From Leucoraja ocellata (lineage: Eukaryota), in NCBI GenBank assembly GCA_036785375.1, contig JAWMAR010000129.1:5022001-5086000 (forward strand): 64,000 bases of DNA. Reading direction: 5' to 3'. Each line of letters begins with the position of its first letter. The stretch's first letter is position 1. This document shows positions 13,298 to 25,344 of the stretch, piece after piece. Below the pieces are notes generated by a model that was not told the origin of the DNA, made no database searches, and saw nothing but the letters and a program-made list of their open reading frames with translations. The position numbers and the translations under genes were made by a program.

Positions 13298-14259
13298 TGA
13301 AATGCGTTCACATTGATCTTTTATTTTTACAGGTTATTGTCATTTTAACTTTAAAAAACGTCGCAGTCGTGCTCCCACTTGCCAGTCGCGCCTGCACAGT
13401 TGGGTGGAGGGTTGCCGTGACTCGCGACACAACGGCGATCTCTGGCGTCACAATGGGAACCCGTCAGCCGCGCCTGAGCATGTGGGGGCTATGGGTGAGT
13501 GGTGGAATATTGCGTTGGGGGACAGGCCCAAAGGGTCCGCACCTGGTCTAGTCCTTTTTAAATGAGATACTATTTGGAAAGTAGAAATTCCGCTTTGTCG
13601 TAAATTACAACAGTCAGAGAGAAATATTTTTCAGTGGAGTGCATTTAGTTATGGGAAAGTTGAGCCCTTGATAGATATACATTGTAATTACATATCGAGC
13701 TGCCAGCTGTATTGATTTATTTTTTCTCAGTTAGAAAATCCCCCGAGAAGATAAAATGATCTTAACTCCGAGATTAATAGTGCACCACTCATCACTTTAG
13801 TGACAGCTTGTATACATTGCTGGCCAGGAAAGCTAGTTTTATATTGCTACCAGAAGATCTATAGACAGACATTCGCTTCTTCAGCAGAACCCGGTGTTTA
13901 ACCTGTATGCAATAGCAAAAAGATCGTTTTCAAACTCAATGTTGCATCTTGCTGTGTGCAGCTATCATGGACACTTTAGTTGTCATCCTATATTCTGCTT
14001 GTTCAAGATTTGCTGAAGGTTTGATTTTTGCTGACAGAATTCGTAAATACTTCAACACGTTGCAGATTCAATCTGGCACCATTATTCAATGGGAAAGGTA
14101 ATGGAACAAAAATCAGGTCGGGTGGCTGTCTGAGCTGATGAAGGAATCTAGAAGCCGTTTGCTGTCATGTCATGTAGCGTGGAACATGATCTGGGCTCAG
14201 TATTTTATTATCAAGCATTACAAACACTGAAAGTAAAATTCTGCTCGCACCTGGGTGGC

Positions 14260-14385
14260 ACCTGGAGAAAACCCACACGGTCACTGGGAAAATATGCAAA
14301 CTCCGTACAGACAGCACCTGTAGTCGGGATCGAACCCGGGTCTCTGGCGCTGCGAGGCAATAACTCTATCGCTGCGCCACTGTGC
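14260..14385 (-). mobile_element. tRNA-derived SINE head
   Basis: CAGTGGCGCAGCGATAGAGTT...GGGTTCGATCCCGACTAC on the minus strand. Confidence 0.7.
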
Positions 14386-14636
14386 ATTGTGTCGTCTGCA
14401 AACTTATTAACTAGTCCATCGAGATTTCTGTCTAAGTCATTGACAAAAATATCAAAAACATCAGGGGTCCCGCAGAAACCGCCTGCCGAACACCACTGGT
14501 CACAGACCTCCAGTCAGATTAATAACACCCTTCCACCACTACCCATCGACTTGTATGGGTAAATGTTCTGATGCCGGTTTCCAATGCCTCTGTGACATTC
14601 TAACCCAAATATCACCAGATGAGTGATGTGTCTGCA

Positions 14637-14915
14637 CTCTCCTCCTCCCTCCTCCTCCACCTCCTACGCTTCTCCTCCTACTCCCCCTCTCCTCCTGCTC
14701 CACACTCCTCCTACTCCCCTTTCCCCCTGCTCCCGTCTCCCCCTGCTCCTGTCTTTTCCTTCTCCTCCCTTTGCCTCCTCCTCCTTTCACCTTCACGATT
14801 CTCCCACCTATCTCCTTCTTCTCCCATCCTAGCCCCTACTCCTCTTCTCCCCCCCCTCCCATTCTCCATCCTCCTTCTCCCCTTCCCTCTCTTTCCTCCT
14901 TAATCTTCCCTTTAC
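14637..14915. repeat. Polypyrimidine low-complexity tract (CT-rich)
   Basis: CCT/CTCC-rich run. Confidence 0.85.
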
Positions 14916-15236
14916 CCTGCTACAACATCCTTTGGTAGGGGCGGGGTGGGGCAAAACTGTGCACTGTATCCCAGTGTGGCCCCACTTCAAAGGGAAGGAA
15001 CTGCAGAGATTCTCCACCCTCTGAGAGAAGAAATTTCCAGTTAAAAATCATCACACCACGACATTAGATACATTTTAAGTAGTTTTCAATAGTTTCTAAT
15101 CTTTATTCCGTCTAAATACATATACAGAAAATGTAATGGCAAAGCATAACTATTGGAGCTTTAAAAAGACACAATAATAAGGAGCACATGGTATGCGCTG
15201 TACTATTACAGATGAAAAGACACTGATAACTCACAT

Positions 15237-15336
15237 CGAAGACTCTGAGGAAGGGTCTCGACCCAAAACGTCGCCCATTCCTTCTCTCCAGAGATGCTGA
15301 TTCACCCGCTGAGTTACTCCAGCATTTTGTGTCTAC
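15237..15336 (+). mobile_element. Single Penelope-terminus unit with degenerate hammerhead core and 14-bp TSD
   Basis: CTGAGGAAGGGTCTCGACCCAAAACGTC core; CTGATAACTCACAT at 15223-15236 and 15337-15350. Confidence 0.75.
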
Positions 15337-15809
15337 CTGATAACTCACATTCTACCCATACAGAAAGTGCATACACTTTGCCAGCTTTGAATTATTTTAA
15401 ACCCTTGTGATTTGATTTTAAATTAATTTACATTTTGATTCTAAATTAACTCGCATCCTTTTCTATTGGCATCAGATGATTGGCTTATAATACAGGAGAG
15501 AAACAGCAGGGGATTTAACTAATTTCAGTTGATCTAATTGACTTGATCTAACTTAATGATTACACCATGTAAAATGGAAACTACGAGACAATAATCAGTA
15601 CTGTATTATATGCACGGTACAGTAATTATTGCACGCAACAATAAAGAAGATTGCTTCAGCTGTAGAAAGTCACTACTCATTAAAATGAACATAACGCACC
15701 ATAATAGAAACACAAGGAACTTCAAATGCTGGTTTACAATAAAAAACACAAAGTGCTGGAGTAACTCAATGGCTCAGGCAGCAGATGTGGAAGGGATGTA
15801 TAGGGAGGT

Positions 15810-16280
15810 TGCACGGCAGTCGAGGTCACGACCCGTGACCCGTACTGTTGCCATGCAACGCCAACTGGAGTACACGCGGTGAACCGCAGGTAAGCACTTA
15901 CTATGGCTCTTCTTCCGTCCCAGCATCCGAACTTCACGATGACTGGTTCCACACTCGCAGTCTCCGGGCCGTCTATCCCCGCGGCCTGGGGTGGAGGGAA
16001 GGTGGAGGTCGGGGTGCCGGTGCAGCGCGGTCAGTGACTCTGGGTAGGCGGAGGGACCAGACTGTCCCCAACTCTGCTGCAGCTGATGGGGACGTTGCCA
16101 GGTTTTTGCCCCCTATGCGGCCCCGCTCCACCCGGCCCCGTGTGTGTATGCGCTCCTGACCCACAGCCTGTGACAGTGTGGCTCACAGGAGAAGACGGGG
16201 TGAAGGGCGGCCGTGGCTGGACAGCGCTGACCCCGGGGGGAGAGTGGGGGCTGTAACGGAGGGATGCGCTGCTTCCGCTG
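15810..16280 (+). promoter_or_regulatory. ANKRD46: CpG island: probable ANKRD46 promoter and non-coding exon 1 (donor after 15889)
   Basis: CpG-dense; strong donor CAG|GTAAGC at 15889/15890; X-box-like GTTGCCATGCAAC at 15847-15859; palindrome GGTCACG-ACC-CGTGACC at 15824-15840; unused acceptor at 20909 downstream. Confidence 0.6.
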
Positions 16281-16514
16281 CTTATACCTTGATGCTCAGG
16301 TTCAGAGCAAAGATACTGGAGCATTTGGTTTAGAGCACTCAGTCACCCTCCACAATTATTTTACAGCGCAAAATTTGACCATTTTGGTGGTTTTTAACAG
16401 ATAAGAAAGTACGCGTTTCGTGTGATAACAGTGTGTGCGGGAGGCTGCCATGTCCTCCAGACAGATTGAGCGTCATGCCTTTTGACCCAATGACCTTGCA
16501 TGCAACCCCCCTAT

Positions 16515-17000
16515 AGGCAACGTTTCAGTTCAGGATCCTTTTTCAAACTGTTCGTAGTAGGGTGGAGAAAACTGGAAAAGTGATGGAGATGGGACAAAGC
16601 CTGGCAGATGGGTGAACAAAGGCTAGAGATGCAAAGGAGACACAAGGGTGTGAGATAGTCAGAAGAGGTGTGAAATGTGAAGTCAGAGGAAGGGATATAG
16701 TTGGAATGAAATGGGAAAATGGGGGGGGGGGGGGGAATTGTGGGAGAAATTGGTGGGCACCAGGGTGGGGCAAGGGAAGGGGAATAGAAACAAGGAACTG
16801 CAGATGCTAGATTACAAAAATAAGACCCAAGGTGCTGGAGTAACTCAGCGAGCCAGGCAACACACTTGGAGAACATGGATAGGTGACATTTCAGTTCGGT
16901 ACCCGCTGAAGAAGAAAGGTCACAACCCAAAACGTCACTTATCCGTGTTCTCCAGCGATGCTGCTTGACCCGCTGAGTTACTTTTGGACTTTGTGTCTGT
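16515..17000. mobile_element. Degenerate Penelope 3' region plus fold-back terminus element
   Basis: GGTGCTGGAGTAACTCAGCG...CTGAAGAAGAAAGGTCACAACCCAAAACGTCAC...CCGCTGAGTTAC. Confidence 0.6.
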
Positions 17001-17732
17001 TTTAGCAACAAATGCCTCGCTTTGTTTGGGAGGGTACATTTAGTGTGGACTTGGCAAGGCCACATTGTGGATATTGGAAATTTAACACGAACAACATTAA
17101 AAGATAGAAATATTGAACAGAATAATATGAGTATTTGATATGTAAAATACTCACATCTTTAAACATCATTTAGCTGCAGAAAATTGTCTATATTTCCTTA
17201 TTAACATCAGGTTAATTGGCCACTGTAGCTTTCCCCTTAGAAAGGTGGGTAGTGGAATCTGGGGGGAAGTTATAGGGGTGTGGGGAGAATACAATGGGCT
17301 TTGAGAAGCATTAACGTAAATAGATGCCTAATGGTTGGCATGGACTCGATGGGGCCAAAGGCCAGTTTCCGTGACGTTCTATTATGCAACTGAAATTATC
17401 TTGAGTATAATTTTTATTTCAATTCTGCGACTTGGCTGTAAATTAACTGTGTACATTTCTGGTATTTTAGTTATGCATTACATTAAAAAAATATGTTGTT
17501 ATTTAATCCGAGTGGAGAAATGCACATTCGAGAGACACAGGAGATGGAAGATGCTGGAATCATGAGCAAAACACAAAGTGTTGCTGATGCGTTTTTAAGG
17601 CAGAAATAGATAGATTCTTGATTAGTACGGGTTATGGGGAGAAGGCAGGAGAATGTGGTTGAGAGGGAAAGATAGATTAGCTATGATTGAATGGCGGAGT
17701 AGACTTGATGGACCGAATGGCCTAATTCTACT

Positions 17733-18212
17733 CAAATTGGAGGAACAGCACCTCATATTTTGCTCAGGCAGCGTTGATTTATTTAAGTAACTCCTGCATT
17801 CCTCTCCCCACCTCCCCCTCGCCCTCCCCCTCGCCCTCCCCCTCGCCCTCCCCCTCGCCCTCCCCCTCGCCCTCCCCCCCTCTCCAGTCATCCTACTATT
17901 TCCACTGTTCGCATCCTTTATCCCTGTCGTTAGCACATCATCCGCAGCCAACAATGGGCCTTTATGGACTCCACTCTTCCTGTGGTCTTCAGTTGCCAGC
18001 CCAGTTTTGTTCTGGTCTTCTCGATCTTTCAACTCCTCTCTGAGGAATTGTCTGGACCTGAAACGTCTCCCATTCCTTCTCTCCAGAGATGCTGCCTGTC
18101 CCGCTGAGCTACCAGCTTTTTGTGACTATCTTCTCTATCTTTCAGTCTGAAGAAACATCACCTATTTAGAGATGCTGCATGACCCACTGAGTTACACCAG
18201 CATTTTGGGTAC
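17733..18212 (+). mobile_element. Degenerate Penelope 3' end containing a 12-bp tandem repeat (CCTCGCCCTCCC)n
   Basis: AAATTGGAGGAACAGCACCTCATATTT (KLEEQHLIF) followed by the 3' UTR and two terminal units. Confidence 0.65.
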
Positions 18213-18221
18213 CTTTCCATG

Positions 18222-19265
18222 TAGGTATGTTACAAAACTTACCTTCAGCGGCGCTGCAGATCTGTCGCTGCCCGTGTGCGCGACTTTGGCGCCTTTGAAT
18301 GGGGGGCGGGTTTAAAATGCCTTGTTTCTCCAGCCTATTCAAATCGATGTCTGTCAGGCTGTTTAGCTGCTAAAGAATAATCCCTTCGACTGCCGTTTTA
18401 TTAAGTTTCTTTTAAACTGCACTGGATATTTTACGAACAGGAGTAAATTAAAAATAATCTTCTAAAGCCGTCAACGCCGACAACGAGGACGGATTTCATG
18501 TACCGGACAGGTAAAGGAAAGCCGTTTATTTTATATATAAACTTGCTTCTAAGGATGCCTTTAATCAAAATTTCACGGTGCAAAAATCTCATTATGTAAA
18601 TATACGAACCGGCAGTATTTTTCCTGCCGATATGAGGTTTAAATTCACCGCAACCGCAACGTTCCAAACCAGCGCGTTCCACAAAATCCCACTAGTAAGA
18701 TGATTTAAATGACCATTAATTTACGGGAATTAAACACTAAATTCCTTCCATTTGGCCTATAAATTAATGACAATGAGATTTAAAAATCATGTTATATTGT
18801 GAATTATTGTGTGAATGTTATTTGAACACTTAGGCTATTTAAAAATGTTAACTTTTTCTTAAGAAATGGATAGATGTTTAGATCTAGTAATTGAATTTTG
18901 AAATTAGCTACAATTGGGTAACTAACTAATTATATGCTTTAATTTCAGGTCATCTACGTAAGATTGTTTCATATTTGTTTCAGAATGCTTCAATCTATAA
19001 TAACTGAAAATTTCATTCAGTTCTCTTAAATTTTAAGAAAGCTATGGGCTTTTGACTGTCCTTAATCACAGCTTTTGAGTTAAGTCAATGGAAAAGCAAT
19101 AGGGAACAAGATGCTAATTTCAGAGTATGAAAATGGCCATAACATTTGTAATACTGAAGCTATGAAAGTGAATTGGGTGTCACATTAAACTTCTTTTTAT
19201 GCTTTATCTGATGGGATAAATTGCAGACTTGCTTTTTTAAATCTCAAAATTTTGTAACATTGCTA
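18222..19265. mobile_element. Non-autonomous DNA transposon (1044 bp) with 16-bp imperfect TIR and 7-bp TSD
   Basis: TAGGTATGTTACAAAA ... TTTTGTAACATTGCTA; TTCCATG at 18215-18221 and 19266-19272. Confidence 0.75.
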
Positions 19266-19437
19266 TTCCATGGACTATGTTCTGTGAACTGTAGCACTTT
19301 GTGTCTTATTTTAAAATAAAACGGCATCTGCAGTATCTTGCTCCTACCTCTGCTGCCCCTTGTTTGTTGCTCCTACCTCTGCAGTTTCTTGTTCCTTACA
19401 TCTGCAGCTCCTTGCTGCTACATCTGCCACTCTTTGT

Positions 19438-20843
19438 TGCCACATCTGCAGCTCCTCACTGCTACATCTGCAGCTCCTCACTGCTACATCTGCAGCTCCT
19501 CACTGCCACATCTGCAGCTTCTCACTGCAACATCTGCAGCTCCTCACTGCCATATCTGCAGCTCCTCACTGCTACATCTGCAGCTCCTCACTGCCACATC
19601 TGCAGCTTCTCACTGCAACATCTGCAGCTCCTCACTGCCACATCTGCAGCTCCTCACTGCTACATCTGCAGCTCCTCACTGCAACATCTGCAGCTCCTCA
19701 CTGCAACATCTGCAGCTCCTCACTGCCACATCTGCAGCTCCTCACTGGCACATCTGCAGCTACTCACTGGCACATCTGCAGCTCCTCACTGCAACATCTG
19801 CAGCTCCTCACTGGCACATCTGCAGCTCCTCACTGCCACATCTGCAGCTCCTCACTGCAACATCTGCAGCTCCTCACTGGCACATCTGCAGCTCCTCACT
19901 GCAACATCTGCAGCTCCTCACTGGCACATCTGCAGCTCCTCACTGCCACATCTGCAGCTCCTCACTGGCACATCTGCAGCTCCTCACTGCCACATCTGCA
20001 GCTCCTCACTGCCACATCTGCAGCTCCTCACTGCAACATCTGCAGCTCCTCACTGGCACATCTGCAGCTCCTCACTGGCACATCTGCAGCTCCTCACTGC
20101 AACATCTGCAGCTCCTCACTGCAACATCTGCAGCTCCTCACTGCCACATCTGCAGCTCCTCACTGCCACATCTGCAGCTCCTCACTGCCACATCTGCAGC
20201 TCCTCACTGCAACATCTGCAGCTCCTCACTGCCACATCTGCAGCTCCTCACTGCCACATCTGCAGCTCCTTCCTCACTGCAACATCTGCAGCTCCTTCCT
20301 CACTGCTACATCTGCAGCTCCTCACTGCAACATCTGCAGCTCCTTCCTCACTGCCACATCTGCAGCTCCTCACTGCCACATCTGCAGCTCCTCACTGCCA
20401 CATCTGCAGCTCCTCACTGCTACATCTGCAGCTCCTCACTGCCACATCTGCAGCTCCTCACTGCCACATCTGCAGCTCCTCACTGCCACATCTGCAGCTC
20501 CTCACTGCAACATCTGCAGCTCCTCACTGGCACATCTGCAGCTACTCACTGCTACATCTGCAGCTCCTCACTGCCACATCTGCAGCTCCTCACTGCCACA
20601 TCTGCAGCTCCTCACTGCCACATCTGCAGCTCCTCACTGCCACATCTGCAGCTCCTCACTGCCACATCTGCAGCTCCTCACTGGCACATCTGCAGCTCCT
20701 CACTGCTACATCTGCAGCTCCTCACTGCCACATCTGCAGCTCCTCACTGCCACATCTGCAGCTCCTCACTGCCACATCTGCAGCTCCTCACTGCCACATC
20801 TGCAGCTCCTCACTACCACATCTGCAGCTCCTCACTGCTACAT
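19438..20843. repeat. 22-bp minisatellite, about 64 units
   Basis: Unit CACATCTGCAGCTCCTCACTGC with variants (GCC/GCA/GCT/GGC; occasional extra CCTT). Confidence 0.97.
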
Positions 20844-20975
20844 CCCCTAGCTGCTCCATGGCCAACTGCGGGGTCGTTCATTACTTTTGTTTTCTTGTTC
20901 TTGCCGTAGTGGGGCTGCGGCTGCGCCGGCGCACTGCGCCTGTGCCGCTGCTGCCAGTGAGCCGCCGCCGCCGCC

Positions 20976-21286
20976 ATGTCGTACGTGTTCATCAACGACT
21001 CTAGCCAGAGCGGGGTGCCGCTGCTACAGGCCTGCATGGACGGCGACATCACCTACTCCAAGCGGCTGCTGGAGAGCGGCTTCGACCCCAACATCCGCGA
21101 CGCGCGGGGCCGTAGCGGCCTTCATGTGGCCGCCGCCCGCGGCAACGTCGACATCTGCCGCCTGCTGCACAAGTTCGGCGCCGACCTGCTCGCCACCGAC
21201 TACCAGGGCAACACAGCGCTGCACCTCTGCGGCCACGTCGACTCCATCCAGTTCCTCGTCTCCAACGGCCTGAAGATCGACATCTG
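20976..21286 (+). CDS. ANKRD46: Ankyrin repeat domain-containing protein 46, coding exon 1
   Basis: MSYVFINDSSQSGVPLLQAC...GLKIDI matches the ANKRD46 N-terminus; GCC-rich Kozak context; acceptor at 20909, donor GTGGGT at 21287; 311 nt, phase 2. Confidence 0.97.
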
Positions 21287-21634
21287 GTGGGTCACTGGGA
21301 GGCCGTGCACCCCTCCACCCGCTGCTAGCCCCTCCGCTTCATAGGACATACAACATCACAGCTGTGTAGGAACTGCAGGTGCTGCTTTACAAAAGACACA
21401 TAGTGCTGGAGTAACTCAGCATCCATGCTGCCTGACCCCCACCCTGAGTTACTCCAGCACTTTGTCTCTTTTGTAAACTAGCATCTGCAGTGCCTTGTTT
21501 CTACATAGAAGGCACACCACAGTAACGGGCCCTTTCATGCAATAATGTCTGTGCCGAACATAATATCAAGACCATCTCTTAACTGCCTGCACATAATCCA
21601 TAATCCTCCATTCCCTGCATATTCATGTTTTAGT

Positions 21635-22105
21635 TTGGAGATACAGTGCAAAATCAGGCCCTTCAGTCCACCGAGTCTGCGTCGACCAGCCCCCCCTCCC
21701 ATACACTAGATAGACACAAAATGCTGGAGTAACTCAGCGGGACAGGCAGCATCTCTGGAGTGAAGGAATGGGTGACGTTTCGGGTCGAGATCCTTCTTCA
21801 GACTTCACCCATTCCTTCTCTCCAGAGACGCTGCCTGTCCTGCTGAGTTACTCCAGCATTTTGTGCCTACCTTTGATTTAAACCAGCATCTGCAGTTCTT
21901 TCCTACACCCCAATACACTAATGTCCTACGTACTAGGAACAATTTACAATTTTTACCGAAGCCAATTAACCTACAAACCTTTGGAGCGCAGGAGGAAACC
22001 AGGGAAAACCCATGTAGTCACAAGAAGAATTTACAAATTTTGTACAGACGGCATCCGTAGTCAGGATCAAACCCGCATCTCTGGTGCTGTGAGGCCACTG
22101 CGCTA
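21635..22105 (-). mobile_element. tRNA-derived SINE interrupted by a fold-back Penelope-terminus element (21709-21912)
   Basis: SINE tail 21635-21708 resumes at 21913; insert arms span 21711-21869; ATACACTA on both sides. Confidence 0.75.
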
Positions 22106-22129
22106 TCGTGACGCCCCCTATGTCATATG

Positions 22130-22490
22130 TTCATGCTTCTATTTCTTGCCCAATGTGTCTATCTAAAAGCCTCTTTAACTCCATTATTGTATTGGCCTCC
22201 ACGGCACCATTCCCACCACCCCTGGCAGTGTGTTCCAGGCACCCACCACATATGTGTGAAAAAAATCTTGCCCTGCACATCTTTAAATTTTGTCCCTTTG
22301 CCCTTAAAGCTATGCCCTCTAGCATTTGATATTTCCATTCTGGAAAAGAAGGTTCTGACTGTCTTCCCAAGAAATGCCTCTTTTTTCGTACTTCTATCAG
22401 GTCTCACCTGAACCTCCAAGTCAGTCCAACCTTTCCCTGTGGCTAATATCCCCCCTAATCCAGGCATCATTCTGGTAAACCACCTCTGCA
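22130..22490 (-). mobile_element. Old CR1 LINE 3' fragment
   Basis: QRWFTRMMPG and ARGHSFK motifs in ORF 22159-22491. Confidence 0.7.
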
Positions 22491-22509
22491 CTCATAGCTC
22501 TCAGTATTC

Positions 22510-22692
22510 TTAGATAGAGGAGATGCTGGTTTATACCAAAGTTAGACACAGAGTACAAGAGTAACTCAGCGGGTCAGGCAGCATCTCTGGAGAAAAAGGA
22601 TGGGTGTCTTCAGAGATCTTTTCTCTAGAGATGCTGCCTACCCCGCTGAGTTTATCTTCGGTACATACCAGCATCTGCAGTTCTTTTTTTCA
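22510..22692. mobile_element. Fold-back Penelope-terminus element with 12-bp TSD
   Basis: Inverted arms AGATGCTGG...AACTCAGCGGG / CCCGCTGAGTT...CCAGCATCT; CTCTCAGTATTC at 22498-22509 and 22693-22704. Confidence 0.7.
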
Positions 22693-24253
22693 CTCTCAGT
22701 ATTCCTATCTGTCTTAAGCCCTTCCCCATCAATTCCCACCACTTTTTGGGCAAGTTTGCTGTGCTGAAATTAGCTGGTATGTGGTGTGGGTGTATTTTTG
22801 GCATGTGTACTGAGGTACAGTGAAAAGCTGTGTCTGCGTACATACACATCTCTGAAGTTTATAATGGGTCTTTGGACTCAACAACTTTTTTGTGAAGATA
22901 TAAAATAAAAGTTTAATGACGTCACAGGACAGAAGAAATAGAAGCAAGAACAGGTTGTTTAGACACTTGTACATGCCGTAGCAAAATTCAGGGAATCACA
23001 GTGGTGCATTCACAATGTCAATGCAAGATGTGTCAATTCCATTGTTATTTGATTGCTTTCTCAACCTGAAAGCATATACTCTGCTCATATCTCGTGTGAT
23101 TGTGAGCAGAATTTAACACTTACCCAGCCTGCCACCAAATGTTTGTCTTTCTCCATCAGTACTTAATGTGATTTATATCCCGAGCTTTGGACAAACATTG
23201 GAAACCTGTCCATATATTTCTCTTAGTTTAACTTATACAGTTTGGTTAATTTCTGGAGGCATAAGGAACTGCAGATGCTGAAATCGTGAGCAAAACAAAG
23301 TGCCGGAGTAACTCAGCGTGTCAGGCAGCATCTCTGGAGGACATGGATAGGTACCGTTTCTGGTTAGGAATCTTCTCAAAACTTTTAATTTCTGCAGAGT
23401 TTGTGTAGTGTTCCACAACTAATGACTTATGTGGTTGAATTTAAGCATACAGATCAATCACTTGGTTCAAAGATAATCCACTAATCTAGGAAAAAAATAA
23501 GCCTGCATACTGTATCTTCTCTATTTGAAATTGAAACGGGAACAACTTTTTATCTACAGAATGCTTCCCTGATATTTCCACATACTTCACTGATATTCAT
23601 GAAGGCTTCCTAGGCCCTTTTAACATTTGGTCATGAATCTTCCTTCGCCTATGTAATGCTGTGGAAATCCAGGTAAAGTCTTGGAGTGAATTAAGGATCA
23701 ATAAATTGCACCTCATTTATAGGTTCTGATTTATAATTTAATGACTGTCCCTGAATATATTTTATGAACGGACATGTTGAGCTTAATCTCTTTTTGCAGT
23801 ATTTTATTGCTCCGGATTCCAATATCTGCTGCCTTTTGTCTCCATTTGTTTTCTCGCATTCATGTCCAATAGCCCGACTTCCAGTTCAAGTTGTCTGACG
23901 TGACTATATTTTTATTCAACCCCGGCATAATTCCTGGAGTTTCAATCACAGACATGAATGAGCTATATAGTTACAATTCTAATGCATTGCTGTTTGTAAA
24001 CATATTGTTCCAATGGTATTCTATTGGCAAGAAATTATTATTAACTGTTGCAGCTGCTTCACCTCCATGTAATTAGACTCAGTAGGCCTGTTGCTTATTA
24101 ATGTGATTTCCTTGGAGAATGTAACATGGCATCTCTAATCTGACTGTAGTAAATAGTACTGAATTGTGTTGTTAGACAAAGTTCAGGTCCATTAGGGCTG
24201 TGGAGCAGTGTTGAAGATTAGTATGAGTGATGGATCAAGGATTCACCCTTCCA

Positions 24254-24720
24254 GTTTAGTTTAGTTTATTGGCACGTGTACCCAGATACAGTGTAAAGCT
24301 TTTGTTATGTGCTAACCAGTCAGCAGAAAGAGAATACATGATTACAATTGAGCCATTCATAGTGTACAGATACACGATAAGTGGAATAATATGAATAATG
24401 TTGAATGCAAGATAAAGCCAGTAAAGTGAGATCAAAGATAGTCCGAGGGTCTCCAATGAGGTAGATAATAGTTCAGGACTGATCTCTAGTTGTGATAGGA
24501 TGGTTCAATTATGGAAGAGGGGAAAAGACGGAGTGGCCAGGGTGCGACTCGTCCTTGATTATGCTGATGGGCTTGCCGAGGCAGCATGAGGTATATGTGG
24601 AGTCAATGGAAGGGAGGTTGGTTTGTGTGATGGTCTGGGTTGCATCCACAATCCTCTGCAATTTCTTGTGGTCTTGGATTGAGCTGTTCCCAATAAAATG
24701 CTTTCTACGTCACACCTAGA
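24254..24720 (-). mobile_element. Rex1/Babar-like LINE 3' fragment
   Basis: Tail (CTAAA)n preceded by GCCAATAAA on the minus strand; similar to 7700-7910 and 4570-4720. Confidence 0.55.
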
Positions 24721-25344
24721 GGTTGGTGAGTGTAGGGGACATGCTGAACTTATAAGCCTTCAAAGGAAGTCAGAAAGTAGAGGCGTGTGGTTCATAGTAA
24801 ATCAAGTTAAAACGTATAATTGTTTTAAAAAACGTTGGAAGTCACCAACTCAACATCTGAGAATGTGGATGTTTTGGGTCGGAGCTCAAACACATTGGGC
24901 AAATTGAGTTTGGTTTCGGTCATCCTCCAGCTGAGAGTTTGACTGCTGCAGTGCCATCTGTACCTTAAACAGTTGCAATGTTGAATAGAGTTAGGAATTC
25001 AGTGGCTATGAAGCATTCCACATTGACTGTGTTTGTATTGTATCGTATAACAGAAAAGTTTGGTTAATATTTAGTTCTCTATCAACTCCTTTGCTCATTT
25101 AAGAATGTTTGTCCGGACTCTCAATCATTAGTGCAAATTGTATTTGAATGGCAGTGATAGTGAAATAGAAAGCAAATCTTTGAAAGAAAAATAAAACAAC
25201 ATAGTCCAAAGCTTTGAGGCATACTCCTGCCATTTTGCCATCCAGCGCCTGCAAATGATATTTTCTTAAATCATGCCAACTATTTAAATCTCTTGTGGCT
25301 GATCTTTAGGTAATATTTGAACCTGAAAGGTTTCGTTTTTTTTT

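Larger units (their letters stand above)
10850..13551 (+). mobile_element. Head-to-tail array of non-autonomous Helitron-like elements
   Basis: Three related 3' ends (GGTGGAATATTGCRTTGGGGG, GC hairpin, GTCTA[G/C]) end at 10940, 12397 and 13551; related 5' ends (AAA[A/T]CTCTCA[T/C]CTTG-like) follow the first two; internal mini- and microsatellites. Confidence 0.65.

Noticed and set aside
19438-20843. CRISPR array or real repeat-protein gene
   Set aside because: Units are contiguous with no unique spacers, there are no cas genes, and the context is a eukaryotic intron. The long ORFs follow from a stop-free 22-mer.
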